A DNA stretch of 62,977 nucleotides, the filler included, from Aduncisulcus paluster (lineage: Eukaryota), in NCBI GenBank assembly GCA_024181965.1. It is 18 parts of 18 records of this genome, joined end to end, with 100 filler letters (N's around TTAATTAATTAA, not from the genome) between each part and the next. Parts side by side here need not be neighbours in the genome. Positions count along the whole stretch, not along the records: positions 35,450 to 41,598 come from BQXS01011916.1; positions 41,699 to 43,459 come from BQXS01011917.1; positions 43,560 to 45,170 come from BQXS01011918.1; positions 45,271 to 50,502 come from BQXS01011919.1; 14 more parts are not named here. One strand, given 5' to 3'. Below the pieces are notes generated by a model that was not told the origin of the DNA, ran no database searches, and saw nothing but the letters and a program-made list of their open reading frames with translations. Shown here piece by piece: positions 35,450 to 47,757 of this stretch (positions within the stretch are counted from its first letter, which is position 1; every line of letters begins with the position of its first letter). The translations under genes and the position numbers were made by a program.

Positions 35450-36004
35450 TGTTCGAATCCGCATTTTATAGCCAATTTCAAAGATTCGGTAGCAGTGGAC
35501 TCATCAATACTTGCCCAGGTTCTCTCCCTGAATCTTTTTGAATAAAGGTTTTGAACAAACTTCTTGACTACTGTAGATTCGCTTCCTTTTGACGTATTCG
35601 CCTCAAAAATACGTTTGAAACCATGGACATATTCCAAATATGCCTCGAGATCCAATTTAGACTTCATTTTGCATGCGTCGAGTGCATCATAATATGCAAT
35701 TGTGGAGGATTTCCCAAAAACCGCGGTGATTTCATCGAAACTATCTTTTTGTTTTGTAACGTCAGTAAACTCCACAATACACGAAATGATACTCCAACAA
35801 ATTGGGTCAATGCATTTGTCGAATGATTTCTTTCCTCCTTTTTTCGTATACACAAGGTATTCCGTCTTAAACTTTTCCCACGTTTCTTCCGTGAATTTCT
35901 CCAGTATTGGAGGTTGTATGGTTGCCATTTAGATACCTAGTAATATTACTATGATAAAATAAAAATATAAATAAATTCGTGAGTAAAATATTATTATTAT
36001 TACA
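35450..36004 (-). mobile_element. gag (ATG 35928) preceded by palindrome and a short TG...CA terminal segment (35952-36004)
   Basis: PPILEKF...W.KF...Y...GG gag motif. TAGTAATATTACTA at 35938-35951. The TG start coincides with loss of transposase homology upstream. Confidence 0.7.
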
Positions 36005-36451
36005 AATGCCTCTGAAGGTCGCTTTGTCCATAATCACTGATATTGGTCTATTTTGGATATTTCTATCGATTTCTAATTTTTTCTTAATCAAATATGTTTC
36101 TTCTTTTCGATATAGTGTACTTGCTGGAGTTTTCAGAGGAAATTTTAGTTTTTGAATTATTTGCTGCATTTTGATATCAATAATTCTGGACATTCTCCAC
36201 AGTGAGGTTTCAGTTACTGTTGCCTTTTCAATGATATATTCATGAAATTCCCGAATTAATTGTTTTTCAGGGGTTAATTCTTCTTTAAAAACATGTAAAT
36301 GAATCTTTGTTAATAAATGGTCAATGAGAGAAGATGGATTAAATTTGAAAGTTGTTTTACAATAATCACAAGAAATTACATTATTTGATTGAATATTAAA
36401 ATAAAAATTAGATGTTGTCGAGAGAAATGACATAGGTTCCGAAAGAACCAT
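36005..36451 (-). pseudogene. hAT-like transposase N-terminal fragment (C2H2/BED-like finger + first catalytic D)
   Basis: CDYC...HLLTKIH zinc finger, STLY, ISVIMDKAT.RG. Confidence 0.6.
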
Positions 36452-36700
36452 GAACCAATGTGATTAGGATCCGAAAATATAGGCGTTAGCAAATTTATTA
36501 ATAAAAAGGGGAAAGCATGGTTCATTCTTACCTGCAATAAAACCCCTGAACGAGTCAAATCATAAACGCTCGATAAACGAGGATAAACGAATAAAAAGAA
36601 TTATAAAATAAAATAAAGGTATAAAATAATAAAATAATATATATATAAAATTATTAGAAAACTGTCTTCTGCAGTTTGGAATCAGAATTAGCCGTTTGGC

Positions 36701-37114
36701 TTACACCAATATGGCCAAAACAGATTTCCCTCTTGAAATGCTTTTGTCGAGAATGATAGCATAGGGTGGTTTAACAAATTTTGTCTTAATTAATTCAAGA
36801 TCGTCCAAAAGTAATGATGTCGTTTCTTGGTACATTGTTGATGGGGCCAGCCGAAGAGGCTCCGGCAAATCACGGATAGCTTGTTGTAATTCAATGTCAA
36901 GGAAGGAACAAACATAATGAATCGAAATAAAATGAATAATAGCCTTTTCGCATATTAACTTTCTAAATCTTCGCTTTCTGAGTCTCAAATCAGAAGATAT
37001 CAATGCATTATGATCATGATGCGTCTTTGAAGTCAAATGAGATATTATTGAAGTATCATTATTAGTAAATTCCAATTTACATTTTGAGCAATATAGTTTA
37101 CCTTGCGGAGTCAA
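36701..37114 (-). pseudogene. Second hAT-like transposase N-terminal fragment
   Basis: CSKC...HLTSKTH, STMY, YAIILDKS..RG.VLAILV. Paralogous to 36005-36451. Confidence 0.6.
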
Positions 37115-37199
37115 GCAGAAATGGTTATTTGTATCAAAACCTACTTTTTCAATTATTTCTAATTTTCTCAGTTTCTCCAGATTTGCTCTGATTTATAAT

Positions 37200-38822
37200 A
37201 TCCAATTAATAGCAGCAATTCAAGCAGTGAAGCAAAGTTTTCAGATCTCCAGATCTCCAGCATACAGAATTAGGAATGATTTACTTAGCGGAACGACTTA
37301 TGGTTGATTCTATGCTCAAAATTGGATATTCGGTCTCCTCTATTTCCTCAATTTACAATATCGCAGTTATCAAAGCCATCCAATCAATTAAGCAACCTTT
37401 TCAAATCTCAAGATCAACTGCATACAGAATTAGAGACGATCTATTAAAACGTCAAGATCCAGGAGCACTAATGGCGTATTTCCCAGATTATTTTTCTATC
37501 GTCCTCGATAAGTTTAAATCTGGTTTAAAACACATTCTATTAATATTGATATCTTCTCATAATATTTGTTTGGCCTTTGACTTCATTGATATTTCAGAAT
37601 TAGTCAAGAAAAAATTATGTCATTTTCAAAGTCATCAATCACCCGATGAAGAAATTTCCGCAGAAGAATTTGAATCATCAAATCCAGATGAATGACATGA
37701 TTTAAGCCAAGATTCTGCACAAGATATAATTTATTTTGAACCCAGAGTATCAATTGAGATGTTTTCTGCCCGAGCCACTGATTTAGCCAAAGCTGTTACC
37801 AATCTTTTACTTAAGCATAAAATCAGAAAGTCAAGTATTGTGGCAATTATAACTGACCGAGAACCCACCATGATTCTCATCTCGGAGGCCCTGATAAGAC
37901 AAGGTTTTGGGATGGTCAAAACCCACTGTACCTCCCATGTTATATCAATATTATTCCAAAGATTTACTACATTAAGGCTTCCTACTATATCCCAGTTTAT
38001 TCACAGAATTTCTAAATTCCTTGGTGTCCAAAAAGAGGCAAGATCCATGGAAAGAGAAATCATGAAACTCCCCAAAATTTCTGATTTCCCAATTAGATGG
38101 AAAAATACCCTAGAAAATATGAAAATAATTGAATATTGGGATATTTATTTAAGTCTGATTTTAAAATGCGAAGAAAGTGCTGATAGACAGCGAATTTTGG
38201 CTGATATGAGGAATCCGACCCTCAAAGAAAATCTCTTTTCCTTTTTCTCGCAAACTGGAGAGAAATCCCTCTCGATCCTAACTACAACTCAAAGAGAGAA
38301 ACCAATTACAGAGGATTATTATCATTTAAGAGATTTTTTTCATGAAATTGAGGAGGAATGGGGTGGACGAATGATCACTGAAAGATCTTACATCCGGGCA
38401 AGGCACGAGTTAGAAATGAATATAAAACTTTATTATTTAAGAGTGGTATTTTGCCCAGAGGAGTGGAAGTTTCAAGAGAGCGTGGATACGACCTGCGCGA
38501 CATATTCTTTTTCACATTTCTTGTCAGAAGCTGGTGAGCGAAGATATTTTGTTCAAAACCGGTTTAAAGAATATATTTCGCTGCTTGATGATCCTTCTAA
38601 TTCTTCAATACTTAAGATTCCAAGATTTATAGAAATTCATTATCCTTGCTTAAAAAATATCAATTAATGGTTTTATCAATGCCATTTACTGGAGTGTCCA
38701 TAGAAAGATTCTTTAGTGTCGTGAGTTCTGAGAATTCAAGCACTCGCAGACATCATCAAACTTCGACATTGATAGCTGAGGCAAAATACAAGTTTAATGC
38801 AAAACAATTAGAATCTGTGAAT
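37200..38822 (+). pseudogene. Frameshifted hAT-family transposase
   Basis: FSIVLD, AIITD, HCTSH, RW, and C-terminal P.T...IERFFS...RR dimerisation motif spread over three ORFs. Confidence 0.75.
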
Positions 38823-39595
38823 GCCTCTCTTTCCGCACTTTTTACACACAATGTCCGGATAGTAGCGAGAATAGTTTGGATCCTTACTCGTAACCCAGCG
38901 ATGTTTTTTCTTCATACTAGCCTTGAACTGATCGTCTCGTTTCCCAGTAAAACGTCTTTTCCCTGGAATGTTCCGGCATACAGCAGCTGAATGGCCTACC
39001 TTTCCACAAAATTGGCATACAATTCTCGTACGACTTACGTGGCCTGGCAAAGCTGCTGAGGATGACTCATCCTCGTTCAGAGCCGCATGTTCCAGCTCAA
39101 GTGAATGCAATCTTGTTGTTTCCTTTGTCGCCGTGGAGATGGTTTCTGACAACGTTGTTCCTTCGACACAGATTGCTGAAACGCAATCACGGAGTCTCTT
39201 TTTGAAGAGACCTTGAATAAAAATGTCCCTGATTTCCTCTCTGGAACCTAAGGAAGGAGAACGATCCCTTATGGCCCTAAATTGCTTGGTATAGGCTAAA
39301 AGGGTATCAACATCCAGTTTCTCCTCCATTAATCTTTCTTAGTCTGTCGTAAAGGTTGATCTCACTGGTGCTCGCAAAAACTTTGTCAACCATGTCGAAC
39401 GCTTGTTTTCGAGCGACCTTGTTCTTAAAGTCTTTAACTTTAGACAAATCCGAGATTAAAGTAAGAACTACCGCGTCGACTAATTCTGGCCATTGTTTGG
39501 TTCCTCCCAAAGAAGCATAATGCTTAAAGTCTCTCACAAACGCAGCCCAACTTTCGGTTGAGAGTTCCTTCAAAAATGGAGGTTCCGGAACCTCA
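38822..39595 (-). mobile_element. gag with zinc knuckles, frameshifted near 39330 (element F)
   Basis: EPPFLKE...W..F...Y..GG motif, CQFCGKVGHSAAVC knuckle, and a second knuckle CKKCGKRG truncated at the hAT junction. Confidence 0.8.
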
Positions 39596-41112
39596 GAGGT
39601 AAAGGAAAATTATCCACTTCAATGTGAGGATTTAGAAGACTATAGTCCACAACCATTCTGTATTTCTCTGGCCCGTGCTTTGGCACCACGAAGGCTGGCG
39701 ACAGATACTCGCTCGTTGGTATCTCCTCTACGATGTTCTTATCCAGCTCCTTCACGAACTTTCTCAGAAATTTCTCCTTCTCCTGGCTCGCTCTTCCTAC
39801 CTTTGTCTTGACTGGCTTGGTGTCCTTCGTTTTGATAACCATCTTTTCCATTCTCGCCGGTGATGAGGAGACCTCTCCAAATGTTGCCTCATGTTTATCG
39901 ACAATTCCTCTTATCCTTTCATTCTCAATCTCAGCCATTGCAATGGGTTCCTCAGGAATTTCACTCATCTTTAACTCCTCGATTCTGTTGATTTCCAGTT
40001 CTTTTTGAGTCTCCAACCCAATCACAATCTCCTCCGCCAGGTCGTCAAAGACTACAAACGTCGCTGGACGGGAGACTGCAACAACCGAAGATGCTTCTTC
40101 ATCAGTGAATACTTTAAGCTTAAGGTCGCACTCGAGTTCGCATCTGAGCTTTCTACCATCAGCCATAGAGATCTCTGACACGTTCTTCCTAACTACGGCT
40201 CCTTTCGACAGGATCTGGTCATACATTTTCTTATTCAAATAATTTCGACCAGCCCCAGAATCCATTAGAGCTTCACCCGGAAGGCCGTTTAACTCCACCT
40301 TTCTCCGACTTACTTTCTTGAGGTCCCCAATGGTCATGACCTTGTCCTTTGACTTCTCAGGCCTCTTTCCAGGGTACTTCTTCCAGCAATCCTCTTCTTT
40401 TCTTCCCTCATCCTCAGAGTTAGGTTCTTCACCGGTTTCAGGTTGGGCTGTTTGAGCAGCTTCCTGCGCCTGTTGCTGAATTAAATCTTCCTGAAGCTGT
40501 GTCAAAGCTCCTCTTCTCCTCAAAGGTTCCTCCACATAATCAGATTCGACCTCCTCCTCGGCACTATCTACAAGGTCTTCTTGAACCTGGACATCGGTGC
40601 TGGGAGCTTCTTCTGTCATAGCAATTGACTCATCCTCAGTGTGTTTTGAATGTCCAATAAATCGGTTTTCGTCTACAACCGCTTGTACATCCCTAGCTAG
40701 GTTGTCATCAAGACCATTCTTAAAAAACTTGATAATTGTCTTTCTAATGGGTTTAATCGGCGACCTTACGCGATCAACAATCTTCAAGAACTCGGTGACA
40801 TACTTCTCATAAGTCGTCAAGCATATAGGAGATCTCATTTTGGTTCTCTCCAATAAGGCATATAATTTACGGAAATTCTGAATTCCATATAAATCTGTTA
40901 TGGTTTTAATAAAGGTTTCTGCATTTTTTTTTAGACAACTTGGTTATTTTCGCTCTCAACATCAGAGACTTTAACATGGCTTTGGGTATCAACTTAATAC
41001 GGTGCAATCTTCCACCTTGAGCTTGATATTCATCATAACCTTCAATAAATTTAAACCAATTATCGGCATCCAGACCTTTTAATTCGAATTTCGCCTTTTC
41101 TGGTACAGTCAT
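39596..41112 (-). mobile_element. gag-protease-RT 5' part (element E), frameshift in A9 run at 40924-40932
   Basis: Gag W..F...Y..GG motif, ALMDSGA protease, and SPAFVVPK...YRMVVDY..LN...DNFPLP RT start. Confidence 0.85.
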
Positions 41113-41160
41113 TGATATTTCTGCTCTATTTAATATAATTTAAAAAAAGAGTTAATTAAC

Positions 41161-41281
41161 TGTGGTAAACTATAAAATAAAGAATATTATCTTTGTACAA
41201 TTTATTATTACCCGCAATTTCCGAGATACAAAAAATATGGAAATGGAATACAAAAATGTTTGGGAACGTGATATCACCACA
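41161..41281 (-). mobile_element. Short 5' LTR of element E (121 bp)
   Basis: TGTGGTGA...TTACCACA termini (7/8 inverted match), internal AATAAATTG, about 50 nt upstream of the gag ATG. Confidence 0.6.
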
Positions 41282-41698
41282 ATATTATTAAATATTCGGA
41301 AAATTTGGGACACTCTGATAAAAAAAATGTCTTATAATTTAGATATAACTTATATCAGCTACAAGTTGATTCAATTGTCATAGTTGTTTTTGTTGTGATA
41401 CTATCGTCACCAGCTAGAAAAATGACAACCCCGGGTTGTCATTCCATGGGGCCCATTATTATTGTTGGAACCGGTATCTATTTTTTGTATTATTTTTTCT
41501 AAAGAAAACAGCAGTTCCCGAAGTTCAACACAATTATCAACCCTTCTTTCAAATTAGAAGTTTTCACGAATTGAAATATATTTGATTCTGTAAAAAACNN
41601 NNNNNNNNNNNNNNNNNNNNNNNNNNNNNNNNNNNNNNNNNNTTAATTAATTAANNNNNNNNNNNNNNNNNNNNNNNNNNNNNNNNNNNNNNNNNNNN

Positions 41699-41967
41699 TT
41701 TATGAGGATTTCATTGTGAGATGTCTTGGCGAGCTTGAATCATGGGTCTTTGTGGGAACAATGAACAAAGATTCGATTGAGTTTGACTCTGAAGTTTCTG
41801 TAGATGATGTCAAGGAGTACTGGAATGACGAGTATAACTTCCTTGGAATTGGATCTGTCATGCACAAGCGAACAAAATATTCTTCTCAGGATGGGGAATC
41901 ATATATCAGCGAACAATCAGTGCAACAAGTCGCTCCATTTATTCAGGGCGGAGGAGTATTGATTTGA
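41699..41967 (+). CDS. 3' end of hypothetical protein (inverted copy of 42851-43119)
   Basis: Identical C-terminal peptide ...APFIQGGGVLI* on the opposite strand. Confidence 0.6.
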
Positions 41968-42850
41968 ATTTATGATGGAATGTTTAGCTTAATGTTTATA
42001 TTATTTATTCGTATAATTTGAATATTTTTGAATTTTATATGATAATTCAGGAAAATTAGTTTGTTTCTTTTTAAAACAAAACGTTAAATCGTATTGGTTT
42101 TTTGTTATTATTATTTATTTTTTATTGGAGTGTATTTTTGAATTTTTATTTATTAGGTTGGTGCTGTTCTATCTCATATAATATTCTATTTTTTTTAGTT
42201 CTATTTTGGATTGATTCAGAATTTTTATGAATTTTTATGAACGTCCATATTTTTCTATGGATTTTTTGTTTTTGTATTAAGAGATTTAAAATCATTTTAT
42301 TGTGATAACATGTGATATCTGGGTATCCAACGAGGTGACATTTAATTATGTTTGTGCTTTGTTGGATCCAAAAAGAACTTCAAATTAAAAAGGCTATCAA
42401 GACTGACTACTGAAGGACCAAAGTTTTGGATGTCCATAAAAAAATTCATAATGGAATAAATGTATTACAGTTCAATGCTGAGTTTGCCCGTTTCAACAAT
42501 CGTATTTAACTGAAACTACAAGATATTTCACGATGGAACTGCTGTGTTAATAAATGTATTACATGATTATCGAAATATTGTTTGTAATACAACCTTTATG
42601 TTAAAATGTATAAGATTGAAAAACATTCAAAAGAAAGGTTAATAGTAATTGAATGATAATAAAAATCAGAGTGTTAACAAATTGTGAAAAAACAATAATT
42701 GGAGCTCGCAAAGAATTTTTTAGACATTAATGAGAAGAGTCGAAAACCTACGATTTTATCGTTGATAAATCATTGTGACATGAAAATTTGAAAAATAAAT
42801 AAAATAATAATAAAAAATAAAAGTTAAGACAATTATCCCAACTTAAAAGT

Positions 42851-43459
42851 TCAAATCAATACTCCTCCGCCCTGAATAAATGGAGCGACTTGTTGCACTG
42901 ATTGTTCGCTGATATATGATTCCCCATCCTGAGAAGAATATTTTGTTCGCTTGTGCATGACAGATCCAATTCCAAGGAAGTTATACTCGTCATTCCAGTA
43001 CTCCTTGACATCATCTACAGAAACTTCAGAGTCAAACTCAATCGAATCTTTGTTCATTGTTCCCACAAAGACCCATGATTCAAGCTCGCCAAGACATCTC
43101 ACAATGAAATCCTCATAAACACGGATAACAACACCATCAATATCAGTCGTGCATGGTGGAACACCGAGCATGGACTTCAGAGTAATAACATTCCCAGAAA
43201 AAGCAGGGGACAACATATCTGGAGTTTGTGTGCTAACCGCTTCCCGATAGCTCATTTCTGATGACTCTGAACAATTGACATTGCTCAAATATTGTTGATC
43301 CGTGGAACCATAGTTCTCATCATAGATCTTACATGCAATGGCATCGTCATAAGATTGTAGCTTGGAGCAGAATACAAGACCATATTCCTCAGTAAGGATA
43401 AAACTCCCATCGGCAATGACCATAGATTCTAGTGGGGTAAGGGCAGGGCACATTTGAAG
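42851..43459 (-). CDS. Hypothetical protein (5'-partial)
   Basis: 200-aa open frame reaching the contig edge. Confidence 0.6.
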   Translation of the reverse strand, partial: LQMCPALTPLESMVIADGSFILTEEYGLVFCSKLQSYDDAIACKIYDENYGSTDQQYLSNVNCSESSEMSYREAVSTQTPDMLSPAFSGNVITLKSMLGVPPCTTDIDGVVIRVYEDFIVRCLGELESWVFVGTMNKDSIEFDSEVSVDDVKEYWNDEYNFLGIGSVMHKRTKYSSQDGESYISEQSVQQVAPFIQGGGVLI

Positions 43460-43559
43460 NNNNNNNNNNNNNNNNNNNNNNNNNNNNNNNNNNNNNNNNN
43501 NNNTTAATTAATTAANNNNNNNNNNNNNNNNNNNNNNNNNNNNNNNNNNNNNNNNNNNN

Positions 43560-44409
43560 AAAGATCAACCCTGTTCTTGCCGATGAGCTTGAAACTAGCA
43601 TCAACAAACTTACCCACAACTTTGAGGAGATGAAAGAGAAGGCACAGAAAGAGGTTGAGAAGAAGAAACAGGATATTGAGAAAGAAAAGGAAGAGTATGT
43701 CGCCGAGCTTGAAGATAAAAAGAATCAGGAGATGAAGAAGTTTAAGAGAGAGCTTCGGGTGAAAGAGGAAGAGGAGAGGAAGAAGTTTGAAGAATCCCAG
43801 GCCGAATTTATGAATGCTCAGAAGGCAGCTCTTTCCGAGATGAGAGAGAAACAAGCTCGTGAACTTCAATCTGCTCTAGACAAAGATGGAGCCACCAAGC
43901 AAGACCAAATTATGGAGCGTTACAAAAAACAGATGAACGATTATCAGAGGAAAGTGCTGGCCGAAAGAGCCAGGCAGGAGAAACAGCTTAATAGCTCAAA
44001 ACGGATGAGAAATGTGATGTTGCAGAAAATCAAAGAGCGGGAAGAGCAAAAGAAATTGCGTCAACTCAAATCTGAAATGGAGAAAAAGAAAGAAGAGGAG
44101 GTTAAACTTGTTGAAACCAAAGCTGAAAAGAAGATCGAGGCTGCCAAACAAGGCAAAACCGAAAAAGAAGTGGAAGAAGAGAAGAAACGTCTCGAGAAAG
44201 AAGAAGAAGAGAAGCAAAGGAAAGCCTATCTTGCTGCAATGCCAACAGATATATTTGGAATGCCAACAAAGGTAGTCGGGCAAGCTCTCTCGGGTACTCA
44301 CGTTTATTCTCTTATAAATGATATCGAAACCTACGTTAAACAACTCCATGTTCTTATAGCTGCCGAACAAAGAGCTATCGCTGAAAATGAGCTTAAAAAT
44401 TTGAAATAA
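43560..44409 (+). CDS. Coiled-coil protein C-terminus (5'-partial)
   Basis: E/K-rich heptad-like ORF open from the contig edge. Confidence 0.7.
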
Positions 44410-44786
44410 CATTGGGACTTGGTTTTATAATAGAATAATAAATTATGTTTTCATGTTTTTCTGTTCCCATGGATCCATTTTTTTGCTATCTCAGGAATAG
44501 ATCATTTTATTTCGGTTATGTTGTAGATATATAATCTGATAGCACAATTCATATCGATTTAAAACATGTACTCTCACATAATTCTTTGATAGTTCACTCT
44601 GAAGGTTCCAAAAACTCTTTCCAGGATTGCCAAGACATTTAACAAAATATTCAAATTCTATTCTGAATTTTACATGTGTAAACTTGCTAATAATGATGTG
44701 AATAATCGGCTGATTTCTGTGTGTTGGGTTATAGAGTTCATTTCCCACTTTTTTTGTGTAAATATTGATATTGATATTTAACAAAT

Positions 44787-45170
44787 ATGGTGGAATTTTA
44801 TGATTCTGGATGGGATGCCGTGTGGACCGATTTTTTTCTTATTAATGCTCTTAATTTTCTCGTTGGTATTCCAATGAGTATTGCTGGGTGTGTTGATAAG
44901 CAAGATGAACTTCAAGAGGTAACTCCTGCAATTTGGATATGCAATTCTTTGTATACATTCTTTGTGTCGATTGGTATGTTGACATTTTACTTATTTACAA
45001 TTCTATGATAATCCTTTGCGATTTATTTATCGTTTTTGTTTTGTATATTTTTAGTTATTGGTTGCGAACATTACTTTTACGATGAAAACTTTCCCGAAGA
45101 AGAGGTCTATAGTGGATTGATGATTTTTGGGATAGTCGGAACAATTGTAAGTGTACTTATTGGCATATGT
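44787..45170 (+). CDS. Small multi-pass membrane protein with intron 44974-45054 (3'-partial)
   Basis: An 81-nt GTATGT...TAG intron removes an in-frame stop and joins two hydrophobic same-frame ORFs. Confidence 0.65.
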
Positions 45171-45270
45171 NNNNNNNNNNNNNNNNNNNNNNNNNNNNNN
45201 NNNNNNNNNNNNNNTTAATTAATTAANNNNNNNNNNNNNNNNNNNNNNNNNNNNNNNNNNNNNNNNNNNN

Positions 45271-47757
45271 CATCTGTGTTCGTTGTATGCATCTGTGGTG
45301 ATTCTACACTGAAAGTTGTCCGTGTTAGACACACATCTCTCATTCCCATTGCCTCGCAACCCCATAAGCATACCACCACCGTATGCCAAGGCCTTACACA
45401 GTGTCCTGGAAACAAGTATGTCGAGAGTAGGTTGTTTTATGAGGTTAAAAAGGCACAAAGCAGCCCTCCTGTTAATGTTACTGCGCTTGCATGTGATAGT
45501 ACGAATGGTGACTGGGTGTTTACTGCCGATAGTGGTGGGACCGTTAAGATTTGGAGCACCAAGAAGCTTAAAGCTCTCTGCCATGAGGTTGAAGGTTCAA
45601 AGAAAGGAGCTGAAATGTTGAAACAATCGACCAAAACAGGTGCATCTGATGCATCTTCTCAATTTGATACTGCGAAAGGAATGGCAAGCGCAAGTGCCGC
45701 TTTGAGTGCAAAGACTTCATTCTTGAGACATAGGAAGGCAAGAGAGAAGAATTCTGGGACAACTGATGAGTCTGATATGGAAAGTGGTGCAAAAGAGTGG
45801 AGTGACGATGTGCTACAAACAAGATGGAACGATGCGATTATTACCGCTATGAAAAAAGAAGCTGCAGATGAATTTGAACGTCAGAAAGCAGAGGAAGAGA
45901 AACAGAAGACACTGAGGGCTAAACAGAAGAAAAGGTTAAAGAAACAACCATCAACAAAACCTAAGAGTCGAGCTAATCGTCTTCAACAGGCCATTTCCAG
46001 GCATCGTATTGGATCCACAACTTCATTCCCGCCCAAAGAAAGGATTAGACACGATATGATCGGTTCCAATGGAATATCATCGCATACTTCCTTGCACTCT
46101 ACAATGTCAGGCGCCCATATTCCAGCCACGTTAGAACATCAAGACTCTACTCATTCTGTGTCTGCCTCGGGAACTGTGTCTAATCAGACCACAGGTAGAC
46201 CTGGTCGATCTGTGCGTTCTGACCCTCACCACTATGATATTTTGACTGAAAAAGTTTCCTTCTTTGCCCATGTTGGTGGTGTTACGAGCCTTGACTATAG
46301 TAGTTCGCACAAATGGATTGTCACTGGAGGTGCCGATGGAGTGGTACGTGTGTGGAATCTTGACGGATGTTTGATGTTTGAGTGCGATGATACATTCCCT
46401 ACTGCCAGCGAAACTAGTCCTTCTCAGAGACCCGCAACAAATAATTTCACTGCAAGGAAGAGTGTGTCACGGGCAACTGATATNNNNNNNNNNNNNNNNN
46501 NNNTATGATATTTTGACTGAAAAAGTTTCCTTCTTTGCCCATGTTGGTGGTGTTACGAGCCTTGACTATAGTAGTTCGCACAAATGGATTGTCACTGGAG
46601 GTGCCGATGGAGTGGTACGTGTGTGGAATCTTGACGGATGTTTGATGTTTGAGTGCGATGATACATTCCCTACTGCCAGCGAAACTAGTCCTTCTCAGAG
46701 ACCCGCAACAAATAATTTCACTGCAAGGAAGAGTGTGTCACGGGCAACTGATATCCAGCTTAACTTCACAACGCCGAGGAGCAGAAGTGGGAAGAAGATG
46801 GTGGAGATGCGTGCAAAAACAAGTGGAGGTCCTAAATCAGATTTATTTGGCACCAAGCCTTCAACTCCAACCATTATGCAGTCTCCTTCGATTGCCACGA
46901 TTGCTGCCGCCAGTCCTCAAGCGAGGCGACAGTCAATAACGCAAGGCCGTCGTGAAGTTGGTCTTGGAAACTCTCTCATTGATGATGGAACCATTGTCCC
47001 GACAATTACGAAAGAAGATGAATCTGCTATCGATAAGGCTCCAAAGTTCTCTAGTTCTTCTTCTTCTACCAAGACTTCCTTTTTGTCCGTTTCTGCTATC
47101 ACTCCCACATCTCTTTACCAGCCCCTTGTTCCAGAACCTTTCAAAGTTATCCCATTGATGTTATTGTCTTCTCTTCCTTCTCTCCAGATTGAAAAGGAAG
47201 ATAAAGTAGAGGAAGACTTGACTCCTCCACCGAGGATAGATATCCATGACCTCGTTGAGCAGGGTATTTTCTTCTCAGATATTAACCCAATCGACGTTGA
47301 AGCTGACGGACAATGTGTGGGAGATATTGCTGCTGAGATCGTCGGTGAACCTCGAAAACCGAGACGAAAGATCGATATGTTCGGACGGACATTCTTTGAA
47401 GAGACGAAGCCCTCAATACACCAGCGTGAGAATGGTCGTCTTGCATCAATGGCTGCCATGGCCTCCCAAGTGGCTGCAGCAGCCACAATTGCTGCGAGTG
47501 CCGCCTCAACTGACAGTATTTCTGAAGCGCACGCAAGGTCGATCGCTGTGAATCTTTCATTGGCTCCATCAAACTCTCTCCGAACACAATCTCCCGTTGT
47601 TATCGATTCTCTCCCTATTGAGAAGAGAGAATTGGTCAAATCTGCTCCAAGGTTTGGGAGTATTAGTCGTCTGACAACCCATGAACAAACGCATCATTTT
47701 GGTGTGAAAATCAATGGAATGCTCTTGAAACACCACAAAAAATCAGATGAGAAATAA
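45271..47757 (+). CDS. WD40-repeat protein (5'-partial; block duplicated across gap at 46484)
   Basis: VTALAC...FTADSGGTVKIW and AHVGGVTSL...VTGGADGVVRVWNL repeats. Confidence 0.8.

Noticed and set aside
40924..40932. Programmed frameshift in gag
   Set aside because: It lies early in gag within an A9 homopolymer, so a mutation or sequencing error is more likely.
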